Below are positions 42,173 to 54,534 of a DNA stretch of 64,000 nt, piece by piece. The stretch is from Syncephalis fuscata S228 (taxonomy: Eukaryota > Fungi > Zoopagomycota): assembly GCA_025786725.1 (NCBI GenBank), contig JAHLTZ010000025.1, forward strand, positions 364,079 to 428,078, in the 5' to 3' direction. The position numbers and the translations under genes were made by a program. The stretch's first letter is position 1. Each line of letters opens with the position of its first letter. The notes under the pieces are model-generated. The model had not been told where the DNA came from, did no database searches, and saw nothing but the letters and a program-made list of their open reading frames with translations.

Positions 42173-44410
42173 ACAATAATGAGTATTTGATTATTGATGT
42201 CACCCACCACCCAGTTCCATGTTCAATAGAATAAATATTGTTAAATTAGGTATTTGATTGCCAAATCACACTAATATTTGTTAATCAATTGTTTAATATT
42301 GGTGTGATGAATTTAAGGCAAACAATACAAGCAAGTAATATAATGCAATGATATTGTTGTTCAAATAGACAATGCGAGTATAGTTACATTGCTCTTAACT
42401 AATTGCAATATGTTGATAATGTAATACAGCTCAAGCAACTAGACGACATACCAAAGCTACTGAATACCATATTGTTATTGTTGCTATAGAAGCTATTTGT
42501 TTAAAGTTATGTTAAATAGTAGGCATTTATAAGAAAGTGGCTGTGCTTGCTAATGCTTATGATAAAAATAGATACAATAGTACGATCAAAATCAACATAG
42601 CAACACGCTGCCCATGATACGACATACCAATAAAGTAGTATACATAATAATTAGTGTGCGTCTAGTGCGGCTTGTTGCATAATATGCCGGCTGATTTGCC
42701 AATTAACATAGTGCTGATATCAGTATTGCTAGCAACAATCACCAACTGTATATATTTGCCTGTTGATACACCATTGCTATACATTCGAGTGAGCAGATAT
42801 ATTGTTGTAATCAGCTAATATGTAAGTTGTTATTTACTTATCTATAGCTGTTTTAACAGCATCAGCAACTGTAGATATAGTTGGCTTCATTAGACATAAT
42901 GCACATGCGCGCTAACTATATTTAACAAAAGTGCATGGCTTGCTAGCTGTAATCAATAGCCGTATATTCGTACGCACTAACGACTATTGGCGCATTACAT
43001 GTCAATTACATCAGTATAGTAGCTACTACAATAAATTTTTATATAAACAATTGGCATCTATATACATAGCAATAATTATTACGTATAAACTATTATTAAT
43101 AGTCTAATGCTATTATATACCACTAATAATCAATGATAATATACGTAAATTAGCTAAGAAATAGTCAGTTATTGCTATACATATCAATACTGGTAACGCT
43201 TAATCAATTGTCTACTATTATGAATAATACTTAACTAATTAGACACTGCTGACTACATCTAGCAAAACATCTAAATTGTATTAAACATGTTTAACGCGCA
43301 TGTGCAGTATGTCCAATGAAACCAACTATGTTTACAGTTGCTGATGCTGTTAATAAATGTTATTTATTAATAAGCAGCTGCCTACACATTAAGTGATTAC
43401 AATTAAATTTATGTCTATTTGAGTGTATAACAGCTAATATATCAATAATTTAGTATAAATATATGTTTATTGTTACTAGCAGTACTACTAGAAGAACTAT
43501 ATTAATAGCATAGCAACCAACACACTAGACAATAAACTAGAATCACCGGTAATTGTAAAACATTATTTAGTTATTTAAATTGTACTACAGTATTAACATA
43601 TTGCTACTGTTCTATAATTCCGGACAGGGTCTTGTAAAAGTATGCCCAAGAAATATATTGTGTGATCGATCACAAGAATAATATATCTATCGGATATTGG
43701 TACCGATTATTAGTAACAAATGTCTATTACGACAATATGACAAGTAGCTACTTGTTAGTTGTGAGCATATGAGCAGTCACCTGAACTAATATGCTGCACT
43801 AATGATCAAATACTACAAGGCATCCCAGTTCTATTATTAGTTGTGTTTATTATATAATGATAGCTTTGTTCAATATCAATAAAGGAATAATCAAGTTTCT
43901 AGTCCAATATTATTTCTACTTAGTCATACAAGCTATTCAGTTTATTATAGTTAAACTGTGGTAATTAATGCACAATAAGGAATAATTTTATTATAAAAGC
44001 AATACAACCAAACGACAAATTGTATTCTGAGCGTCAAGGTAAGCGTTAATAAGCATCAGAAATTAACGTTATAGGATAGCGACAGGATAAGGTGTTGCTT
44101 GGTCATTTAAGCTACGATTTCTAAAACTAGAAGCGTAACAATACTCCAATTAGCTACATTTAATATAATTACAGATGTGTTATTCATTAAACAATAATAT
44201 TAATGGTTTATTTAGTTATTTTAATAAGTATAATGCACTAATACTGAACAATTTGTTTTTAATTTCATATAATTGGAAGGCCAAATAACTAATTTTAATA
44301 ACGTTTGCACAATTGAACTATATATTCGTTCTATTGAACATGGTGACGGATAGAAAGTGACACCAGTGATTAAAATATTTATCATTATAGATTTATTGTC
44401 TATTACATAT
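42173..44410. mobile_element. Composite non-autonomous element bounded by inverted family motifs, containing an internal foldback
   Basis: Forward motif at 42173-42270 and reverse motif at ~44272-44410. Internal inverted arms ~42650-42930 and ~43280-43535, plus a module shared with 22790-23065. Confidence 0.5.
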
Positions 44411-47400
44411 ATATCCTTCACCTACTTGTATTAATTACACGATATGCTCATATTGTTATAAAGTAATATATAATATAATATGAATACCTTATTTATTTAT
44501 GTCTTTCCTATTGTATACTTATTCAATTGTACACCATTGTATCATAAATATTGCTACTTCATTCATAATATTGTTTGTTTGTTTATAGCTTCATTAGTAA
44601 TATATTTCAGCTTAATTTTTCTATTGAGCTGCATGCACTATAACTTCAGCATTGCTATTCGCACACCTTCATCAAGGTCATGACTATAAAACCAATACTA
44701 GCTATACATGTAGTGCATAGTATTTATTATACAATGCTCATATATTGCTTTATAGTCGATCAAACATAACGGCAAACTATAAGTTATTAATAATAGTAGT
44801 ATAAGTATTGCCGAACATAGTGTGGTGTCATTGCCAGTGTCTACAACACGACAATGACCAAACAGTTGCCATTTTTACATATTGCTACAGTATCGACAGT
44901 AAAATAAGTATATGATGTATACAATGCATTATCAATCAATCTTGGATATGCTTATTCATTTGAAGCATTACAACATATTCACTGTTTTGATATAATATTG
45001 ATCAACTCGTATACTGGTGCATTTAACTATCTAAAAGCATATAATATTGATAGGCAATCAGTTTGTCATCTATATCATAGCACGCAAAGCAGCTACAACT
45101 GATACCTTTAATACTAACGGATATATTTACAGATACAAGTATTTGTATATACATCGAATACACTACAGCTATATCTATTGCGTATATTACATACATATTT
45201 ATGCTATAATTCTTACATATAATAGAAAATAACATGTATCGATGCTATAAAACAATAAAAGTATTAGAAACTGCTTTAAAAATCAACTGGTTCAAATAAT
45301 ATAGCTAATATGTATCTACATTAATAACAGCGCTATACGCTGACTACAATATACTTAGCAACAATATACTTTTAAGCTAAGCCTCAATGCTAATGTACTG
45401 TATAGACTATTGATATTGTTTATGGTTGCTAATGGCATTTGTGTATGTATGTATATTGAAATAGCAATCAATTAAATAAGTGGACAAAGCAATAATATAA
45501 ATAAATAACTAATTGTTATGGCTATTAGAATCTGTGAAAATAGCTTGAATAAATATCATTATATATTATTACAACTACATGTATTGTATAAACAATATCA
45601 TATTGTTTCAGTCGAATACATTTGTTGTTAATTCGCGGTATTCATGATGCTGTTGCTATAAAAAGTAAATACAACATCAAATGTCACATGCTGTTAGTTG
45701 TTGTGATTGCACCATATGGTTTATCGAACTATTTACTGGTTTAGCAAGGTGTAGACTGACTATTTAATATTCATGTCCGATACAGGCCTATTTGGCTAAT
45801 GTAATGGTATTAAACCGCATGAGTACAACAACATGGTGATACTACAAGTTGTATATACAGATATTCTACTGCAAATAAACAATAGTGCAAACTACTGATG
45901 TGTTATATGTGTGAAATAGTCGAGTTACTATTTTCTGTGTATAATATTGTGCAGTATTGATCTAAAGAGTTCTATAATGTTATTTTCATTTGTTTGTTTC
46001 TTCTGCTTCATATATTTAATTGACTATAGCTTTGTAATCTTTCCTGCTGTAACAACTTATTTTAAAAGTAATCAAGTGTTGCGCTTATACTTGCTTTTGT
46101 ATTGGTTATTGGGTGGTATTATGGCTGCTGTGCCAAGCTGTTTCGTTGCATAATACTTTGCATTGCGTATGCTTTATATGTCTGCTTTGTTCAGCTACAC
46201 AATGAATACTTGCTACTTGCATATGATTATCTATCCGCTTAAACTGGACAGTTTTGGTTGGCTATACTGCGTTTATACTTGCATGCCATATACTGTTTAC
46301 ATGTGCTGATTATATGTTTGTATGTCTTGCTGTAGTTACAGTTGGTTATAGCAATACCATGTCACACACACAGTAGTGTTTATGCTGCTGGTCTATTCCA
46401 ACAACTTTAATAATCGATAAACATGTACTATTTATCATAATTGTTTATGTATCAATAGCTTTATTTGTTGTAAAATCTGTCAACTGCCACCTCGCTCTAT
46501 TTGTATTCAATATACTCAGTGTAGCATTCACTTTATGCTGTCAAACTCTAGTAACTAGCTGCCTAGATTTGTTGTTGTATACGTATATAGTCTGTCATAA
46601 TAAATAAACACGCTTTTTATTCAAAGTCTTTTACTATGCCAACCATTATATTTGCGTATATGTTTACTGAAAAGCCTTGTTTATTTATGCGTATGTACTC
46701 ATAATACCAGCAGTATACAGCCTATTGTATAATATATATCCGATAACCGCTGTGTTTGTGGCATCTAGCTTGTTTATCATATTAGTTGTGCTTGATATAC
46801 TACTGATGTTTATACGACGTATATAATCACTTTGATACAACATGCTATACATCGCTATAAGCATACTGCATTTGCTACTGCTGTATACTGTATATTTTTC
46901 AATAAACTGTAGCTGCATTTAACTATTCAACACGAAGCTGTAAGTTGTATTGTATACACAATATACTAATAGCCGTATAGTAATATGTATGGATACAACA
47001 TGCACGCTTATTATAGTTTGACATGGCTTGTTGATATGTTTTTGCATGTCATTTATTTTACGCCTATTATATTTAAATACACCACGTATTGCTTTGAGAG
47101 TGCAAACTACATACCGCAAGTATTTATTACTTTGTACTTTTATGCAATGTTAAAACATATCACTATACTGGACTATATGCCTATACCTGCTTGCTTAACA
47201 TTGTTTATTCCATTGTAGTGTATATACAGTGTTTATTGTAGCCATGTTTGAAAATGTTGTTATAGATATTACCGATAGCTTACTGGTGGTATATAACCAT
47301 GCCGCATTGTTATTGGATCATTGGAGATACGTACAATAGCGCTATTGCGCATTGTATGGCGTATTACTAATTAGCTGTGTTGTATACATTGTCGCTAGGT

Positions 47401-48599
47401 TATATCGTGTGCTGTAACTGTCTATTGCATCTAACATGAGTATTAGAACTAAACAACTGTATATTTTGATGTTTATAGCGGATCGATCGTTTATTTGATA
47501 TCATAGTATGTCAAAGTACACGTTAGCACACACAAAACAGTAAAAAGACAAAAACATGATTGTAAATAGGCAGGCAGTATATAGGATAGTATAATAACGG
47601 CACATAGTATGTTTATACAATAATATACAGTGGTATATGCAATAACACTATAGAGCGTACATACCATAGCATATTGGGTAGCCAAAAGTCTATACATGCA
47701 AATGCAGTTGGCCACACAGTATTCAGTAGGCTGGAATGACGGATGACAAGTTGTATCGCAATGGATAGCACATTGAATGAAAAGGTACCACAATTGTATA
47801 AACAGTAACATATATCGGATATGTTTGCTATAGTATGTATTCTACAGTGCACATGCAAAAAATAAGCAGCTATACAATACACAGTAGGCAATGGTGCATC
47901 TGTATGGTATAAGTATGTATGCACGCGCATAACAAAGCACTACTGCAAACATAGATTATTTGGAAACAAATTATAGCAACATGAATGCAAACAGCAACAC
48001 TAACACGACATATGCAAATATTTACGCAAGAATACTAGCTGATTAAACGGTAAGTAGTTTGAAGTAAAAATAAGCATATATTTATTACATAGCAGTGCCA
48101 GTTGTCTTGCCATAGTAAACAGCCGATTATAAAAGCGTACATGGCTATTTGTGTTATACCGTCTTTGTTTACACAATAATACATAGTTCAATAAAACATA
48201 ACAATGCTTACCTGTAACTTCAAAGAAGCGGTAAATGCTTCAGATGTAGACTGATAGAGCATAGTCAGAGGCTGTCAAATAGCGACCTGTCATAAGCATT
48301 GACACCAGTTACAGTACCGGCTCAGGACAACTAATGCGATAATTAGAATGTAAATAAAGCACTGCACAAGCACCACTGACTACATACTAAGCAGGATGCT
48401 ATGGAAGACGCTGTTAATCAAACGACAGCATATACACCAATGTTTGTTCACAGAATACAGAGCCTGTAGCCGTTGGTGACAATGATCAAATAGTAACATT
48501 TGCTCAAATATACTACAGTCTACACAGTTAGCGTGTTAGGTCTTACATTAGTTGTTGCATTTGAAAACACTGATGTTTAAAAAGAAGTAGTGTTGAGCG

Positions 48600-49270
48600 A
48601 GAATGTTCAGGTAGAGAAGTAACAGCGCATATAGTCACCACAGTCATCGTATTGACAGCTGTGCACATACAGCAATAGCACCAGTGCAACGATGCAAGTT
48701 GCTACTGTTGCTGAAGACTTACTTAGCAACTATACTAGCAGTTCGATATACTAATATTGGTGGTGTATGCATACAGCAGCTGTACATGGCGACTATGCTG
48801 GCTATATGCTGCCACAATCACTATATACACTGCTTTGCTATAGATTGCCGCGGCAGATCGTACTGACAGCAGCCTGTACCGTCTCGACAGTAGTAGATCG
48901 CACTGCCGCTGTTGGAATAGTAAAGCTGTTGCCAGCTGACCTGTAGTGGCAATCTATAGCAAAATATAGCATATATTCAACATAGCATAGAAACAAGACA
49001 GAAATGCGCTTATCGTGTCAAATAGGCTGCCAATACCAATGATTGGAGTGAAAGGATGCTTTGTAAAAAAGCTCAGATTAAAGAAGAGCAATGCAAGAGA
49101 TTAATGCAAAAGTGTTTGCAGTTGTCTGGTAGTCAGTAGTTACTGACACCAGCTAAGTAGCATGTATGGAGCGTATAAGTATATGCAATGGGTAATGCTG
49201 TCAAGTGTGAAGAAAAAGAAAGAAAAGCGTGTGGCGTAGATTGTATGCTATGCAATCAGTAAACCGCTTT
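48600..49270. repeat. Dispersed repeat module, inverted homolog of ~21450-22140
   Basis: GATCGTACTGACAGCAGCCTGTACCGTCTCGA is the reverse complement of TCGAGACGGTACAGGCTGCTGTCAGTACGATC at ~21853-21884, and similarity extends both ways. Confidence 0.75.
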
Positions 49271-49302
49271 CGTAAGACACAGTGGTGAAATAATTGAGTA
49301 AG

Positions 49303-50232
49303 CATTTATTGTGACTTGGTAGTCAAATGGCTAACATTTAATAACATCCAATCTATTGAACATGATGATGGGTGGTGAGTGACATTAGTTATTAAATACT
49401 TATCAGCATCGATTCGTTATCCAGTACACATATATCCTCCATTCACCTATATCATTACCATTTTATGACTTATTGAATACATTCTATTTGTTATGAGTTT
49501 TAAATAAATAAATATATAGTCTATTAAGCAAGCTGAGCAAAATTAGTCGAACTTTATTAATAGTAGAGCTAAAACAAAAAGACCAGCTGCAATAGATAGC
49601 CAGCAGCCATTAGACAATAAAACGGCATATAATATAAAGAATATGCAATACGCAGTAACGATTAGCAATGTTAAGTTATTGAGCATATATGCATGAGCAG
49701 ATGACCGACATTAGTCGACATTTATTAATAATAAAGCTAGAACAAAGTATAAACAGATTTGGATAGAGGAAGGCTAAGCGATTATAGAATGATATATAGA
49801 ATAATAAATGTACGGTGAAAAAGCATATAAAATAAAGTTAAAGCTATAGTGCATATAGCGCAATGAGTAGACTGAATGGAGTTTGTTGGTGTATATAAAC
49901 AATAAAGTGTGTCTAGTGTATCGTAGAATGGGATACAATGGTGTGGGATAGTACAGGAATGATATAGGTAAATAATATATATATGTGTACTGAATATATG
50001 CATACTGGATAACGAATCTATGCTGATGAGTATTTGATGATTGATGTCACTCACCACCCATCATCATGTTCAATAGATTGGGCGTTATTAAATATTAGTC
50101 ATTTGTCCCCAAAAAAGCAATAATGTGATGATGTGACGATTAAATCAAACTCACCACTTGTCCCCATGTTCAATAGATTGAATGTGCAGTTCAATTGCGC
50201 GAATGTTATCAATATAGTCATTTGACACCCAA
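49303..50232. mobile_element. MITE/foldback-like element with >100-bp terminal inverted repeats
   Basis: Left arm CAAATGGCTAACATTTAATAACATCCAATCTATTGAACATGATGATGGGTGGTGAGTGACAT...GATTCGTTATCCAGTA is mirrored at ~50003-50110. No coding capacity. Confidence 0.75.
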
Positions 50233-50663
50233 ATCATAATATAATCTAATGATTTGATAATTTAATAAAAATGATTATTCAATAAAATAAACGTTTAGTT
50301 TGACTGGGCGAGTGCTGTCAAACAAGTCAATTGGTACCAATCATAATAATTGTTTATTCATATTACATCAGCACTTGCACCCACACTATAAAAACAGACT
50401 GCCGATCGCATAGCACACGATTTGCGTCACACGTTCCTCTTTCTCATCCACCACACTTGACAGCATTTATCCACTAGCCACGTTCCCACTTGCACTTGTT
50501 TCCATAAGTCCGGTATATGCTTTGCTTGCTATATGTCATTGTTAGTCTATTAGTATAAGCATGCCTAGTCTTGGTACTACATACCGCCCTGCTGTATGGC
50601 GCCATACAGCAGTGCTAGCGGTATCGTTTTACCTTGTGGGCAGCTGCTAGTATGCTAACTGAT

Positions 50664-51010
50664 GGCATATATGCTACCAAACATATACGTTATCTTTCTC
50701 TTTCTCTTCTCTTTCTTTTCCTCTTTCTCTTCATCCTTTTTTCACTACCTTCCATTACTTACCGTACTAGCAACAGTGTATGCTGGCTATATGCTACCAA
50801 GCATACACTGTTATCATCCTCTTTCTCTTCTCCTTCTTCCCATCCTTTTCACCAACCTTCCATTACTTACCGTACTAGCAACAGTGTATGCTGGATATAT
50901 GCTACCAAGCATATACTGTTCCTTTCTCACCCTCTCCTCATCATTATCTCTATATCTTCCATTGCTCACCGTGCTAGCAATAGTGTGTTTAGCTATGGTA
51001 GTAGCATATG
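50664..51010. repeat. ~110-bp minisatellite with 13-bp hairpin (2 full + 2 partial units)
   Basis: Unit CCTTCCATTACTTACCGTACTAGC-AACAGTGTATGCT-loop-AGCATACACTGTT plus a pyrimidine-rich linker. Confidence 0.88.
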
Positions 51011-51519
51011 GTGGCACTCTGTACTGGCCATACAGCAGTGCCATTATATGCACTGCCTGTAAACACCTGCTAGCACGATGTTGCATTGGCAGCTCTTCTT
51101 CTCTTTCCCTTTTCACTTTAACAAACCACTTACCGGTCCTTCTTTATGGTGCACTGATTATGCAATGGTAAGTAACTAACTTAAATCAGTCACTAACTCT
51201 GCATATAATGCTTTAGATTTACAAGCCATCAAGTATCAAGTTCAAGGACAATGGCGATTAGTGTGTTAGCGGCCGGCTACCAAACAATATAACAACCAAT
51301 GTTATATTGATGACTTTAGATTTAGATTACTAACTTACTAACCTGTATTGATAATTACAATTTATATCATAAATAAAAATCACCAAATTGTTTTAGTGTG
51401 CTAGCGGCCGGCTACACAACATTGCAACATACTAACTTTATACATATATTGTTTTAAATTTTAGATACCGGACACTAACACTAACATTTATTGATTATTA
51501 TAGATTTTAGATAGCCGGA

Positions 51520-52140
51520 CACCAGTACCAACACCGGCATCAACACCAGCACCAGTACCAACACCGGCATCAGCACCAACATCAACACAGCACCAGCACC
51601 AGCACCAACACACACCAGCACCAACATCAGCACCAACATCACACCAGCACCAGCACCAACACCACAGCACCAACACCAGCATCGGCATCAACACCAACAC
51701 CAACACCAGCATCAGCACCAACACCAACACCAGCATCAGCATCAGCATCAGCACCAACACCAGACCAGCATCAGCACCAGCACCAACACCAACACCAGCA
51801 CCAGCACCAGCACCGCATCAGCACCAACACCAGCACGCATCAACACCAACACCAGCACCAGCACACACCAGCACCAGCATCAGCACCAGCACCAGCACCA
51901 GCATCAGCACCAGCACCAACATCAACACCAACACCAGCACCATCAGCACCAGCACCAACCAGCACCACACCGGCATCAGCACCAACACCAACACCGCATC
52001 AGCACCACACCAACACCGCATCAGCACCAGCACCAGCACCAGCACCAACACCAGCATCAGCACCAACACCACACCGACATCAGCACCAGCACCAACACCA
52101 GTACCGGCACCAACATCGGCACCGGCACCAACACCAGTAA
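51520..52140. repeat. CA-rich hexamer minisatellite (CAGCAC/CAACAC/CAGCAT variants), copy 1
   Basis: Directly visible, with extreme strand asymmetry. Confidence 0.92.
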
Positions 52141-53299
52141 CAATATTAACATTGGCATAAAAACTAACACTAACATTGTATTTATTATTTTAGATTCGTA
52201 GGTAGCCGGCCATGGACACCCAGCGTAAGTATTATTATTATACATAGCCGGCCGCTAGCACACTAAAACCAAATATGCAATATCAATTCAGGACAATTGT
52301 CTACTAACGTACTAACATTGTATTTATTGTTTTAGAATTGTAGGTAGCCGGCCGCTAACACACTAATCGCCATTTTAAATAAGTAAGTAATGTGATACAG
52401 CAGTTGTAGCAGTATCCATCATAATTTGTATGTGGTGGTATATCGCCACCAATAAACGGTGGTATACCATCACAACAATAGCAACAATAGCAACAATAGC
52501 AACTTCACAAGTACTTGATGTGACATCATCAAGACTAATTGATACTATTGCTATCAATTAACAGCAAGATTAAAAAAGAATATTGGATCAATTAATAATA
52601 TATTATTTATTGGTAATATCCAAGGATTATTTATTGATATTACCAAACAATATCCGAGCAAAGCATTAAATAAAAGCACATAGCTACTAAATAAGTAGAT
52701 GCAAAGGTTTATACTTTTGCATCTCAATCAAAAAATCAATACAATATAGTTTATTGTATTAATCAAGTGAATTGTGACAATAAAGATTATACAATTAGTA
52801 TATGTTGCACATACTAACTAATGATTAAACAATTTAACAATGCTTATAGTATGATCAGCAGATCAAATGGCAATATTTAAAAGCATTTAATGTACTGAAC
52901 ATGATAATGGATGATGAATAAATAAAATAGAAAATAGACATTAATGTAGATGTATTATCCAGTAAGCATATATCCAGTGTGCATATACTTAATATGCATA
53001 CATCCAGTATTTACATATATCATTGTATGATATCGTGTGTATATCATATTAATTGTAGGAAGCAATATACACGACTCATTCACGTCAGTATGTTATAGTG
53101 CTTATAACATGCAATGATTTATATTAATTATTACCTCACATATATGATGTATTGCATCGGTAGATTGACATTCATATATTGAATAATAGAATTTAGCACT
53201 CATTACCATAAAGTTATGTACGTTTATATACACAGATGTAACATTAACTAAACAATATTTTGCAATTTAATTATTGATATAGGACATATATTGACAGAC

Positions 53300-54250
53300 A
53301 TATACTAATTGAATAATGGAACAAATAAAAAGGAATTATTTGAATAAATGAGTGATTGACTAATTGACGGACAAATTGAATAACTAAATAAGCAACTAAT
53401 TTACCAACTGCCAACTAAATGATCAACTAATTGAATAAACGACTAACTAAATGAACAACTAATTCCCAACTAATTCCCAACTATTGACTAACTAGTTGGC
53501 ATAATTTCCCAACTAATTGACTAACAATATTACAGACTAACGACTCGACTAATTCGTAGACATTAATAATCAACAATATAAGAAGTAGACAACCAATTGC
53601 ATAAATGATTGAACAATAGACTAAATAACAGAATGGTTGACAGATCGACAGACTGGTCAACTAACGGATTGAGTAAGCGATTAAATGACAGATAGACAGA
53701 CAAACTAAATAATCGAATAATAGACAGACAGACAGACAAAAAACTAATTGATTAAATGACCAACTAACAAACTAACTAACCGACAGATTGACCAACTAAC
53801 AAATTAAATGACAGACAGACTAACTAACTGAACAACTGAAGTATAGATAGTGTGAAGCATAGGTAGTTTAGGCCACCACATTTTAATATATTTATTTTAG
53901 CACAATTTAGCACCAAAAGCCATAGATGTTTATATGCAAAGATATAGCATCAACTAAGCAATGTTTTGCAAGTTATTTGAATGTTATAGCATGTATATTG
54001 ACAGACTTTTACTAGTAGGCCAATTTCCGCAATATTTGAGTAAAAATGGCAATAATTAGCCGAGAATTGCCCAGTAGACCAACTAACAGAATAATGGACT
54101 AAACAACGGAATAATTGACTAAGTATTTGAATAAAGGGATAATATTGACTAAGGAATTGAATAATAGACTAAATAATTGAATAATGGTAATATATTGAAT
54201 AATGGTATAATTGACTAAAATAATGGAATTGCTCAAATGACATGAGAGTG
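53300..54250. repeat. Low-complexity degenerate tetramer tract (ACTA/ATTG/GACA/AATA words)
   Basis: Recurrent CAACTAA, TTGACTAA, GACAGACA and GAATAA words. Confidence 0.65.
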
Positions 54251-54534
54251 GGTGACAATGAAACAGAATGAACAGGAGATGAAGAAACAACAATAAAACA
54301 GACAACGATTTTTTTTATTTTTTTGAAAATATTTTTGACAATTATTTGACAATATTTAGGGCTAATGAAGATAGGGCTTGATAAAATAGGGCTAAAATAA
54401 GAAAAATAAGACAAAAATGAAAAATGAAGGAAAATGAACAAGAATTACAGAACAACTATACGAGCGATAGCGAGTTAGAAAACAACAAGAACAACGACAA
54501 TAGAACAACAAAAAAAAAAGAAGAGAGAGACAAC

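Larger units (their letters stand above)
50165..53217. repeat. ~3.1-kb hairpin-rich repeat unit, copy 1
   Basis: Near-identical and collinear with 56270..59524 apart from minisatellite copy number. Confidence 0.92.

Noticed and set aside
44200-48900. Many 60-106 aa ORFs
   Set aside because: Tyr/Ile/Cys-rich translations typical of AT-rich non-coding DNA, with no domains or exon chains.
50634-51171. Hydrophobic repeat-containing ORFs (also 56739..57243)
   Set aside because: Products of the 110-bp minisatellite. The period is not a multiple of 3, so the same peptides appear in several frames.
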